IMG/VR virus record: IMGVR_UViG_3300008117_000445
Coordinates: 1 to 64,000 of that record
Strand: one strand, 5' to 3'
DNA from: a virus
DNA length: 64,000 bases
Positions 8,512 through 16,954 of this stretch are shown here, piece after piece. A program made the translations under genes and the position numbers. Every line of letters starts with the position of its first letter. The first letter of the stretch is position 1. The notes under the pieces are model-generated. The model was not told the origin of the DNA. It made no database searches and saw only the letters and a list, made by a program, of their open reading frames with translations.

Positions 8512-8553
8512 CCACTTGACTTATTAAATATTGTTTGTTATAATTATATAGAA

Positions 8554-8632
8554 AGTCAGTTAGCTCAACTGGTAGAGCAATCCCCAACCCTAAGAAGGGG
8601 ACGTGCCGTAGGTTCAAGTCCTTCACTGACTT
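8554..8632 (+). tRNA. tRNA; anticodon arm TCCCC-AACCCTAAGAA-GGGGA (11-nt loop, or 7-nt CCCUAAG closed by A.A pairs: CUA, amber-suppressor-like)
   Basis: acceptor AGTCAGT/ACTGACT perfect, D-arm GCTC-AACTGGTA-GAGC canonical, T-arm GTAGG-TTCAAGT-CCTTC. Confidence 0.5.
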
Positions 8633-8646
8633 CACTTTTTCAATAA

Positions 8647-8722
8647 GGGGATGCCCGGCAGGTTTTTCAACTGGAAAAAACCGATATGACTACTCCTCGT
8701 TATCTTTAAGAGGGGGTGATAT
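8647..8722 (+). ncRNA. conserved ~75-nt element, copy 2
   Basis: GGGGATGCCCGGCAGGTTTTTcaactggAAAAAACCGATATGACTACTC... aligns with 1903-1978. Confidence 0.4.
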
Positions 8723-8732
8723 AGATACAAAA

Positions 8733-8760
8733 AAAGGGACTTTATTGTCCCTTTTTTTTG
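8733..8760. terminator. bidirectional rho-independent terminator
   Basis: AAAAAAAGGGACtttattGTCCCTTTTTTTT. Confidence 0.65.
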
Positions 8761-9690
8761 TTAGATACTTAATAACATATCCATTAATTCTTGTTGTGGA
8801 AACATATCCACCTTGTCACGTCTTGTATTTGTGTGGGTATACATTCCCTTAACTCTACCATAATAAGCATTCTCATTAAATTCAAAACCACCAGCACCAT
8901 TCTTTCTTATTTCCTCAATCAACCCCTTTCTTACATCAATGTTATCTCTATTTGCAATAAATAAGATAAGATCTTTTAATACTTCCAACTGAGTGTCAGA
9001 ATATCTATGCCAGGTTTTATGACCTCTAAATGGTTTATCCAATGTGGTAACGTGAGATTCAATTACTTCACCACCACCGTAGTTATAGAATTTATTGGCA
9101 TCTTTTGCTACCCAGGTTTTTCCCTTTCTATAACCACCTTTAGTTACATAACCATAATTACATACTTCAATACCAACGGAACATTTGTGCATATGCATTG
9201 AACCGTTATCACCCAAATGCCAACCATAACCACCATCCGGTATACATTTAACTATTTCACCATCATATTGGTCGTTCTTTCCGTTACAAGCAGGACCACC
9301 CAATACAAACTCAGTTGCGATTCTACCTCTGGTGTCCTTTGCCCACATATCAACCACTTGGTATGGGTTTGGTCCACCGGCCGTGTGATGCAAGAACAAA
9401 TATTCTTTATCTGTTGGTCCGGCCAAATATTCATCCTTTGGTAAAAAATATTGTTTGAATGACAATGTTTCGTTGTCTGAATTAAATTGTTCATTTAGAT
9501 CAGTTGTTGCAAGTCCCATCGCTTCCCAAGTTTTTGGTCCAACAATTCCATCATCTTTTAACTTATTTTCTTTTTGCCATTTTTTAACGGCCGCTTCGGT
9601 TTTTGGTCCAAAGTCACCATCATCACTAAGTTTTAAAAATCTTTGCAAGATTTTCACATTTTCTCCTTTACTTCCAAGTTTTAAAATCAT
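8761..9690 (-). CDS. endolysin: N-terminal peptidoglycan-binding repeats + N-acetylmuramoyl-L-alanine amidase (Amidase_2/PGRP-like)
   Basis: two PG_binding_1-like repeats (LKLSDDGDFGPKTEAAVKKWQ; LKDDGIVGPKTWEAMG); HHTAGG... and H/C-rich catalytic region. Confidence 0.6.
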   Translation of the reverse strand: MILKLGSKGENVKILQRFLKLSDDGDFGPKTEAAVKKWQKENKLKDDGIVGPKTWEAMGLATTDLNEQFNSDNETLSFKQYFLPKDEYLAGPTDKEYLFLHHTAGGPNPYQVVDMWAKDTRGRIATEFVLGGPACNGKNDQYDGEIVKCIPDGGYGWHLGDNGSMHMHKCSVGIEVCNYGYVTKGGYRKGKTWVAKDANKFYNYGGGEVIESHVTTLDKPFRGHKTWHRYSDTQLEVLKDLILFIANRDNIDVRKGLIEEIRKNGAGGFEFNENAYYGRVKGMYTHTNTRRDKVDMFPQQELMDMLLSI

Positions 9691-9766
9691 CTTATTTGTT
9701 TTTTTGTTTTTTATTTTCTAAATAAATATATATTTATATGTAAATAAACTTTTAAAATTTAGAATT

Positions 9767-9934
9767 ATGAATTTTACAAGAGAGCAAGTTTTGGGTATTG
9801 TTAGACACGTATTAACCTTCGCTGGTGGTATTGTAGTAGCCAAAGGAATTGCAGATGAAGCAACTGTAACTGAAGTTATCGGTGGTGTGATTACATTAAT
9901 CGGTGCTATTTGGTCAATCGTTGCAAAAAAATAA
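9767..9934 (+). CDS. small two-TM membrane protein (holin-like candidate), divergent from endolysin
   Basis: MNFTREQVLGIVRHVLTFAGGIVVAKGIADEATVTEVIGGVITLIGAIWSIVAKK; below the 60-aa track cutoff, read by hand. Confidence 0.35.
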   Translation: MNFTREQVLGIVRHVLTFAGGIVVAKGIADEATVTEVIGGVITLIGAIWSIVAKK

Positions 9935-9954
9935 TTTTATTTAATTTTTTTAAA

Positions 9955-9985
9955 TTTCCCCTTCTTAACCGGAGGGGTTTTTAAT
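9955..9985 (+). terminator. rho-independent terminator
   Basis: CCCCTtcttaaccggAGGGGTTTTT. Confidence 0.55.
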
Positions 9986-10017
9986 TTAACAGATATTTAT
10001 TAATTAAAACAAAAATT

Positions 10018-10629
10018 ATGGGAGATTACGTGGGAATTGTTGTTGCTTTTATTACTGGTGTTTTGGGTCCGTTATCAGTAATTTATTTAAAAAACTATTT
10101 GGACAAAAGAAAAAAGAAACCAGATATGGTTCACGACACATTAAGAGTTAGTGAATTAATTAATCAAAAAATTGAACATATCAAAGAGGAGTTTGATGCT
10201 GATAGGGTGTGGGTAACACAATTTCACAACGGAGGTAACTTCTACCCAACCGGAAAATCAATGGCGAAATTCTCAATTATGTATGAAACTGTAACTGCCG
10301 GAGTTAATTCAGTACAATCAAACTTTCATAATATTCCGGTAAATTTATTCTCAAAATCAATTAATGAACTATTGCAAAATGATGTCATTGAAATTGCGGA
10401 TTTTAAAGATGATTCAATTGCGACCTTTGGTTTAAAGTATATCGCCGAAGAATCAGGTTGTCAATCAGGTTATTTATTTGCAATTAAAACAATTGATGAA
10501 AGATTCATCGGTACCTTGGGACTTGATTATACAAAGAAAAAAATAAAACTTGACATTGAATCAATTAATCATTTAATGGTTCACGCTTCTTCAATCGGTG
10601 GTGTTTTAATTTCACACTTGGAACAATGA
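10018..10629 (+). CDS. membrane-anchored protein, possible GAF-like small-molecule-binding fold (weak)
   Basis: N-terminal TM helix; remainder resembles GAF-type sensor domains loosely. Confidence 0.45.
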   Translation: MGDYVGIVVAFITGVLGPLSVIYLKNYLDKRKKKPDMVHDTLRVSELINQKIEHIKEEFDADRVWVTQFHNGGNFYPTGKSMAKFSIMYETVTAGVNSVQSNFHNIPVNLFSKSINELLQNDVIEIADFKDDSIATFGLKYIAEESGCQSGYLFAIKTIDERFIGTLGLDYTKKKIKLDIESINHLMVHASSIGGVLISHLEQ

Positions 10630-11270
10630 GAAAAAGTCTAATTATTGAACGACTTATTAAAAAAATCAAAAACAAATTAATTTCTGAAAGAAAATCAGAT
10701 CAACTATCATTATATATCTCAAGATTAATTATTAATCAATTTAAAAAGAAAGAAGATTTTCAACTTGAGGATCTTGAGTTTGAGAGGGGTGATGAATATG
10801 CCTTATTTAATTTATATTGTTATTTTATTGAAGATGAAAATCTAAACGAACCGTTCTCAATCAGAGCTGAGGCCGATATGGAAACAATGGAAATTGAAAT
10901 AACATTCAACCCAAGTTATTTTCCGGATGTTATGCAAGATTTGGTTGGTGAAGTCAAGGAAACGGTTGAACATGAACTTGAACATATTGAACAACAAAAC
11001 TTTGAGGATGTTGAATTGGCGGATAAAAGTACCGGTGAAGATTTTGTTGAATATTTAACATCAGACAAAGAAGTCCCAGCGTTTGTTAGAGGATTAATCA
11101 AAAGGGCAAAAACCAAAAAGATTTCATTGAACAAAGCAATGAACGAATGGTTTAATGAAAATTTCAGACAATTTAACGACCCTTCAACTGAATGGCCAAT
11201 GGTTAAAGATGTGTGGATGGAATATGCCACCGAAATGCGAGAAAAAGAAAAAATCAAAAAATTTAATTAA
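10626..11270 (+). CDS. hypothetical acidic protein
   Basis: 214-aa ORF, 4-nt overlap with upstream gene. Confidence 0.45.
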   Translation: MRKSLIIERLIKKIKNKLISERKSDQLSLYISRLIINQFKKKEDFQLEDLEFERGDEYALFNLYCYFIEDENLNEPFSIRAEADMETMEIEITFNPSYFPDVMQDLVGEVKETVEHELEHIEQQNFEDVELADKSTGEDFVEYLTSDKEVPAFVRGLIKRAKTKKISLNKAMNEWFNENFRQFNDPSTEWPMVKDVWMEYATEMREKEKIKKFN

Positions 11271-11326
11271 TTATTTTTTTAATTGAAAAAAAGTTCTTAT
11301 ATTTGTCCTTATATATAAATAAGGAT

Positions 11327-11764
11327 ATGACAAAGTTTGAATTGTGGCTCAAACGCCAATACAAGAGATTAAAGGTTAAATATTATATTTGGGAAAGAGG
11401 AAAGAGTTGGTTTAAAGCACCGGAGGATAAAACCGGTTATGAAAAAATAACTTGTTCAATTGTTAGACAATTGGTTAACCACCCAGATTCCAAATTCACA
11501 ATGGCACCATTGTCCGGAAAAAGATATATTGTCAACAAAACCCTTGATATCTTTTTAATCATTGAAGGAAGCAAAGTTGAAATCACAAACCATGTTTATC
11601 ATTATGTGACAACATTGGGTGAGAGGGACATTGAAAAAATCACCACACATTATGATAGGAAAGTTGAAAATCAACGAATCAGTCACGAAGAACAAATTAA
11701 ATCACAAATATCCAATACCCTACAATCAATTTATGACAAAATCACAATCCAATCTGAAAATTAA
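11327..11764 (+). CDS. hypothetical protein
   Basis: track ORF 11303..11764 begins at TTG inside the TATATTTG promoter box; first ATG (MTKFELW) at 11327. Confidence 0.45.
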   Translation: MTKFELWLKRQYKRLKVKYYIWERGKSWFKAPEDKTGYEKITCSIVRQLVNHPDSKFTMAPLSGKRYIVNKTLDIFLIIEGSKVEITNHVYHYVTTLGERDIEKITTHYDRKVENQRISHEEQIKSQISNTLQSIYDKITIQSEN

Positions 11765-11948
11765 AACATCAAAGGGTTTCGGTCAATTACATAATATATA
11801 TGTTTCCGAACTTGGATTTTTGATGGTGAAAATTGAATATGACAACGGAACTTTTGTTGGTTATAACCTGGGCAAGTTTGACCCAGAAAATAATATAATA
11901 ACAAACGAATTATTCAAAGATGAACTCATTGGATCTCCACGGGATTAA
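11733..11948 (+). CDS. hypothetical protein (overlaps neighbours in alternate frames)
   Basis: internal Met of track ORF 11619..11948. Confidence 0.3.
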   Translation: MTKSQSNLKIKTSKGFGQLHNIYVSELGFLMVKIEYDNGTFVGYNLGKFDPENNIITNELFKDELIGSPRD

Positions 11949-12141
11949 ACATATTGAAGTTCAAAAACTTGTTGACAATTTTATTTGGGAAAATATGCAA
12001 AAAAAGATAAATGAGGTTGAAATCATAACCGGAATATCGGACCAGATGAAAGATATTGTTAAACAAACCGTTGAGGATTATAAAATGGAATGTACGGTGG
12101 ATCCATTGAATGTTGGTAAATTAATTATAAAATTAAAATGA
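11920..12141 (+). CDS. Smr-domain-like small protein
   Basis: LDLHGIKHIEV ... EVEIITGIS resembles Smr LDLHG / ITGKG motifs. Confidence 0.4.
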   Translation: MNSLDLHGIKHIEVQKLVDNFIWENMQKKINEVEIITGISDQMKDIVKQTVEDYKMECTVDPLNVGKLIIKLK

Positions 12142-12401
12142 AAGAACTAAACGAAGAACAATTATTGAAATTATGTGAGATTGAACTCAAAAAAATGAAA
12201 AACCATAACATATCTTGTTTAATTTTTTCAATTATAATATTCGTCCAAGCTTTTTTGTTGTTGTTTGGTTATTTACCAATCACAATCTATCTTATAATAC
12301 TTGGAATTATTATGTTGTTATATTATTTCCACGATTGGAAATTCAAAAAAGCTGACAAAAAACTTAAAGAAATTTTGGAAGAATTGGACAATAGAGTTTG
12401 A
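12138..12401 (+). CDS. small membrane protein
   Basis: two hydrophobic helices. Confidence 0.45.
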   Translation: MKELNEEQLLKLCEIELKKMKNHNISCLIFSIIIFVQAFLLLFGYLPITIYLIILGIIMLLYYFHDWKFKKADKKLKEILEELDNRV

Positions 12402-12444
12402 TTATTAAAAAATGATTTTGTAACTTTGTTTTAAAATATAAAAA

Positions 12445-12693
12445 ATGACAGAAAGAGAATTAATATTATTGGGTTTCCAAAAGGAAGAAATTAATGAATT
12501 TGAAGGCGACGATTCCTATTATTATGTATTGGACATCGCAAATGGACTGACCTTCATTACACCAACAAATGAAGAAATTAAAGATGAGAATTGGTATGTT
12601 GAGGCGTTTAACACGGATCCATTGATTAGATTTTACGAGTTCGGTGAAGTCCAAGCGTTGATTAACACACTAACAAAAGCGATAGTAAAATGA
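12445..12693 (+). CDS. hypothetical protein
   Basis: 82-aa ORF. Confidence 0.45.
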   Translation: MTERELILLGFQKEEINEFEGDDSYYYVLDIANGLTFITPTNEEIKDENWYVEAFNTDPLIRFYEFGEVQALINTLTKAIVK

Positions 12694-12789
12694 TATATAA
12701 TTTTTTTAGAATGTTTGTTCTGTTGACTATTGGTGCATTTTTCATTATAGTTGCTGGTACATATTCATTAACCGAAATAATAAAACCAA

Positions 12790-12966
12790 ATGGAAAGTAA
12801 AAAAGTAATGTATGAGAGTCTATTAAACCAACATAGGCAAGTCTCAAACCAAATCAGTGAAATCAAAGCAAGGAATTTTGAACCAACGGAACAAGATAAA
12901 AAAGAAATCCAAGCTCTTGAATTAAGATTAATCAGTATTATGAACCAAATGCAAAGTTTGTTTTAA
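12790..12966 (+). CDS. hypothetical small protein (58 aa)
   Basis: hand-read ORF MESKKVMYESLLNQHRQVSNQISEIKARNFEPTEQDKKEIQALELRLISIMNQMQSLF filling an otherwise empty gap. Confidence 0.3.
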   Translation: MESKKVMYESLLNQHRQVSNQISEIKARNFEPTEQDKKEIQALELRLISIMNQMQSLF

Positions 12967-12967
12967 G

Positions 12968-13336
12968 ATGAACAAAATACCAACACATGATCCTTACACC
13001 GGTGAACTTAATCCTTATTATGAGGAATTAACCGGTGAAAGAAATCCTTTATCGCCAGAAATTGAAGAAACCTCACCAACGTTTGATTTAAAACAGTTGG
13101 TTGGAAAGGAATTTAGATATAATGGTAAATACGGACTATCAACTTGGACGGATGTTGTTAAAAACATTGAGGTCATTCACGGTATTGAAACAAACCTCCA
13201 ACTTCCAATTAAACCATTGAAGGATGGTGAAGGACAAAAACCATTTAAGCTATACGGATATAAGTATTATTTGCAAGTTAGGTCAACCAGGGGTAATCAT
13301 TTGTATGACTTCAGTGATTGTGTTTTTTTAGATTAG
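12968..13336 (+). CDS. hypothetical protein
   Basis: 122-aa ORF. Confidence 0.45.
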   Translation: MNKIPTHDPYTGELNPYYEELTGERNPLSPEIEETSPTFDLKQLVGKEFRYNGKYGLSTWTDVVKNIEVIHGIETNLQLPIKPLKDGEGQKPFKLYGYKYYLQVRSTRGNHLYDFSDCVFLD

Positions 13337-13356
13337 TAACCAAATAAAAACAATAT

Positions 13357-13539
13357 ATGGAATATTTTAAATTATTTTTGAAGTGGCTCGGGTTAATAAC
13401 GATGATTTCACTTTTTGCGGATTATGTTATAAGTAGAGAAGTTAACGGGTTCATCCAACTTTTAGGTATCGTCGGGTTGGTTGGGATCTTTATGTATTTA
13501 GCAGGCGAAACATTAAATAAATTAACAAACAAAAAATGA
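13357..13539 (+). CDS. small membrane protein (possible NfeD-like partner of the SPFH protein)
   Basis: 60 aa, two TM helices, 4-nt overlap with the SPFH gene. Confidence 0.4.
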   Translation: MEYFKLFLKWLGLITMISLFADYVISREVNGFIQLLGIVGLVGIFMYLAGETLNKLTNKK

Positions 13540-14480
13540 TTGGAACATTAATCGTCCTAGCAGGACTAGTAATCGCCGGTTTTACGGCATTTAAAACAAG
13601 TGGTAATATGTATGAGGTTACTGAAAGTATGTATGGTACACGTAAAAGATTAAATGGTGCGTGGCTCGTTAAACCGATTGGGATTTTTATCCTATCACTT
13701 ATCATTGCCGCAGTTCAACCATTTGCAATTGAGAAGATTGATGCCGGAAACAAAGGGTTGAAAATCAATTTGGTTGGAAATCAGAGAGGTGTTGCAAGTT
13801 ACCAATATAAAACAGGTTGGGTTATGTATAACGCTTGGACTGAACAAGTATTGGAGTTTCCAATTTACCAACAACATATTGAATATGATGACCAGAGTGT
13901 AATCTTAAAAGGTGGATTCTCGGCAACCATTAAACCAACATTTAATTATTCATTACGTGAAGATGCGATTGGTGATATGTTTGTGAACTTGAGACGACCA
14001 ATTGCCGATGTGGAACATGGATGGTTAAAGAACGCAATTATTGGTGCCGTTAATGACGTATCTAATACCTGGGAAGTGGATAGTATCTTTAATCACCGAC
14101 AAGCCTTTGAAGCTGCCATCGTTGCCGAATGTAATTTGAGATTATCAAAGTGGTTTAATGTATCACAATTAAGAACAAATATTACACCACCAGAAGCACT
14201 ACAAGAATCAATCATATCAAAGACAAAAGCAATCCAACAAGCCGAGGCTTCTCGTCAACAAGCAATTGCGGCAAAAGCCGATGGTGAAAGAAAGGTAGCC
14301 GTTGCAAGGGCCGATAGTGCTGAGACGGTAATTAATGCCGCAGCAAAAGCGAAAGCAATGGAACTTACACAACAAAAATTAACACCTTTGTATGTTGAGT
14401 TTAAAAAAGTTGAAAAATGGAATGGGGTTTTGCCTACAACAGTTACAAGTGGTTCTGGAACATTTTTAAATATTAAATAA
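13536..14480 (+). CDS. SPFH / band-7 (stomatin/prohibitin/HflK-like) membrane protein
   Basis: N-terminal TM, SPFH core, C-terminal Ala/Gln-rich coiled coil QQAEASRQQAIAAKADGERKVAVARADSAETVINAAAKAKA. Confidence 0.6.
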   Translation: MIGTLIVLAGLVIAGFTAFKTSGNMYEVTESMYGTRKRLNGAWLVKPIGIFILSLIIAAVQPFAIEKIDAGNKGLKINLVGNQRGVASYQYKTGWVMYNAWTEQVLEFPIYQQHIEYDDQSVILKGGFSATIKPTFNYSLREDAIGDMFVNLRRPIADVEHGWLKNAIIGAVNDVSNTWEVDSIFNHRQAFEAAIVAECNLRLSKWFNVSQLRTNITPPEALQESIISKTKAIQQAEASRQQAIAAKADGERKVAVARADSAETVINAAAKAKAMELTQQKLTPLYVEFKKVEKWNGVLPTTVTSGSGTFLNIK

Positions 14481-14481
14481 G

Positions 14482-14733
14482 ATGATAAGAAATTTTGGAA
14501 CAGTATATTTTGTAATTATTTTAAGTGGTTTAATATACGGTGGAATTATGTATATGGCGTTTAATAAAAACAATACGTGTGATAAATTAGTAAGGTTTAA
14601 TGACGGGACACAAATTGAGGTTAAAGATGTTAGTTCAGATGATAACGGAATGACAGTGATTAAAACCTGTACCGACGATATTTTAAGGACACCGACACTT
14701 AATATAAAAATGGTTGAAGAACTAAATAAATAA
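14482..14733 (+). CDS. small membrane protein
   Basis: 83-aa ORF with N-terminal TM. Confidence 0.4.
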   Translation: MIRNFGTVYFVIILSGLIYGGIMYMAFNKNNTCDKLVRFNDGTQIEVKDVSSDDNGMTVIKTCTDDILRTPTLNIKMVEELNK

Positions 14734-14740
14734 AATTAAA

Positions 14741-14775
14741 TCCCCATCTTAGTAGTGGGGATTTGTTTTTTTAAA
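14741..14775 (+). terminator. rho-independent terminator
   Basis: CCCCAtcttagtagTGGGGATTTGTTTTTTT. Confidence 0.6.
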
Positions 14776-14827
14776 ATAATATTATTAATTTTGGGGTTAT
14801 GAAAGGGGCTTCCAAAAAGCACTTGAG

Positions 14828-15046
14828 TTGATGGGTCATAAGATGTTTAGTGAGGAACAATTAAGAGAAGCGTTTTTCCATGTACAAAATGAACCCACTT
14901 TTGATGTTTTTAAACAATCACTACAACAAACTGAATGGGATGTTGAGATTGAGACTGTTCCGGCACTTTCAAATAATGGTAATGTTTATTATGGTGATAT
15001 TCCAAAACTTGATGAAGATGGTTGTTTAATTTTAAAAAGAATATAA
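14828..15046 (+). CDS. hypothetical protein
   Basis: 72-aa ORF. Confidence 0.4.
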   Translation: MMGHKMFSEEQLREAFFHVQNEPTFDVFKQSLQQTEWDVEIETVPALSNNGNVYYGDIPKLDEDGCLILKRI

Positions 15047-15288
15047 AAATGGATAAAAGAAGTACACACTACGGAGACGTAGCAAAATGGATAGAAAAGG
15101 TAATTGACTCTTGTGAGACATACCAACAGACATTTGCCGTTAAAACATTAATTAGTAATTTTAGAAAACAACTAATGAGAACTACACCTAACAAATATTG
15201 GAGAGATTATCAGTATAGTGTTATTTGGCCACTTGAAGCAAGGGTAACATCTAAAAGGCAGTCATTTATAAATAAGATTGAGGAATAA
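15022..15288 (+). CDS. hypothetical protein
   Basis: 88-aa ORF. Confidence 0.4.
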   Translation: MFNFKKNIKMDKRSTHYGDVAKWIEKVIDSCETYQQTFAVKTLISNFRKQLMRTTPNKYWRDYQYSVIWPLEARVTSKRQSFINKIEE

Positions 15289-15602
15289 TGGAAAACAGAA
15301 AATACCCAGTAGGTGGATTTGCACCTGGAAACTATATGTGTGAGTGTGTCACCTGTAAACACGATTTCTTAGGTGATAAATTAGCAGTACAATGCGAAAC
15401 TTGTGCTATTGAAATGGTTAAAACAAAAATTGAGGTTGCCGAAAATGGTGGTATTGAAATAGTACATGACTATTTACCGGGGTTTATAGAACAATTTGGT
15501 GACGGACCTCTTGGTGAACTAGACCCAAATGAATGGACCGCACTTGATTTTTTGGAATGGTTAAAAATTAATAATTTTAAAATAATAAAAGATGTCAGAT
15601 AA
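15288..15602 (+). CDS. zinc-ribbon protein
   Basis: CECVTCKH ... CETCAI. Confidence 0.45.
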   Translation: MENRKYPVGGFAPGNYMCECVTCKHDFLGDKLAVQCETCAIEMVKTKIEVAENGGIEIVHDYLPGFIEQFGDGPLGELDPNEWTALDFLEWLKINNFKIIKDVR

Positions 15603-15822
15603 TTTTAAAACAAAAAAGTGGATTGAAAAAGTAATTAAATCCTGTCAAAATTGGGAACAACTAACAACTTGTGAAAAACTGATATCCAATTTCAAAAACC
15701 AAATGATTAACAAAGGTTACGACAATATGTTGGCCTTACCATTCATATCGGATTTGGATTATAAAGTTAAATTAAAAAGAAACGAACTTATTGAATCAAA
15801 AAACTTGATTTTAAACAATTAA
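15592..15822 (+). CDS. hypothetical protein (paralog-like of 15022..15288: both contain KWIEKVI.SC...LISNF)
   Basis: shared motif KWIEKVIDSCETYQQTFAVKTLISNFRKQ / KWIEKVIKSCQNWEQLTTCEKLISNFKNQ. Confidence 0.45.
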   Translation: MSDNFKTKKWIEKVIKSCQNWEQLTTCEKLISNFKNQMINKGYDNMLALPFISDLDYKVKLKRNELIESKNLILNN

Positions 15823-15824
15823 AA

Positions 15825-16424
15825 ATGATTGACAACCTTGAACTTATTAAACCTTTATTAAATTTCTCAGAACCCGGAGATTTCTATTACTGTCTTATTT
15901 TAAAAAGAAAGAAAGATCAACCAGAAGGAGAACGAGATAATCACCAATCAGTAAGAACAATTAAAACTTATTGTATTGAATCCGTTGAATATCTTGAAAA
16001 ACGTTATGAAGAAATCAAACAACTTTGTGAGTTTTTTAAAGCCAGAGCTTATGTTCAGGTTCAAAAACAAAACCACAAAGATGTGTCATTAAATATGATG
16101 GTCGCATTAGCTCAGAGAATTCAGGACGGAAGTCATAAACAAGATGGTTTGTTTAGTTCGGTTGTTGGACAAATAAAAACACACGAAAAAAGGTGGGTAA
16201 TTGATATTGATGAAAAAACTCCGGAATTGGTTAATCAAGTTATTGATTTCATTGATTCACTTGAACCGGTTGGTCCCAAAATTGAAACGTGTTTACCAAC
16301 CAAAGATGGTTATCATCTTATAACCAAAAGGTTTGACAACAAAACGTTTGGTGAGAAATATCCAGAAATTACAGTACAAAAAAAGAACCCAACTTTACTT
16401 TTTTTACCAAAATCACTAAATTAA
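15825..16424 (+). CDS. hypothetical protein
   Basis: 199-aa ORF. Confidence 0.45.
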   Translation: MIDNLELIKPLLNFSEPGDFYYCLILKRKKDQPEGERDNHQSVRTIKTYCIESVEYLEKRYEEIKQLCEFFKARAYVQVQKQNHKDVSLNMMVALAQRIQDGSHKQDGLFSSVVGQIKTHEKRWVIDIDEKTPELVNQVIDFIDSLEPVGPKIETCLPTKDGYHLITKRFDNKTFGEKYPEITVQKKNPTLLFLPKSLN

Positions 16425-16429
16425 AAATT

Positions 16430-16612
16430 ATGAATAATATGTTTGATCCCAATACGTTAAAGAACCTTCAACAGATGATGAATGGTTTAACAAACTTTAC
16501 ACAACAACCGGCAATTGATTTTAAAACAATCAAAAAATTAATCCTAATAGTTGTGTTATCATTATTTTTATCCGGATTTGGTGTTGGTTTATTAATTGGG
16601 TTATTATTTTAA
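16430..16612 (+). CDS. small membrane protein
   Basis: C-terminal TM. Confidence 0.4.
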   Translation: MNNMFDPNTLKNLQQMMNGLTNFTQQPAIDFKTIKKLILIVVLSLFLSGFGVGLLIGLLF

Positions 16613-16720
16613 TATTATGTTGAAATTATTATTAATTGGTTGGACTATTAGTTCATTATTTGTTATTAATTTAACAATCCAATATTTTTACGACGAATAT
16701 AAAAACAGAAAAAAATAGAT

Positions 16721-16954
16721 ATGACAGAATACATCCATTACCCTTTACCGGGAGAAAAGTACCAACACTATAAAGGAGGTACATATGAGGTGATTTGTTT
16801 GGCAAATCACACAGATAATAATGAAGCATTGGTAATTTACAAATCATTATCTTTTGGTAGTACACACGCTAGACCATTAAAAGAGTGGATTGAAATTATT
16901 GGAAATGAAAAAGCGGGAACAACGTACCCATTACCAAGATTTACAAAAATATGA
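16721..16954 (+). CDS. hypothetical protein
   Basis: 77-aa ORF. Confidence 0.4.
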   Translation: MTEYIHYPLPGEKYQHYKGGTYEVICLANHTDNNEALVIYKSLSFGSTHARPLKEWIEIIGNEKAGTTYPLPRFTKI

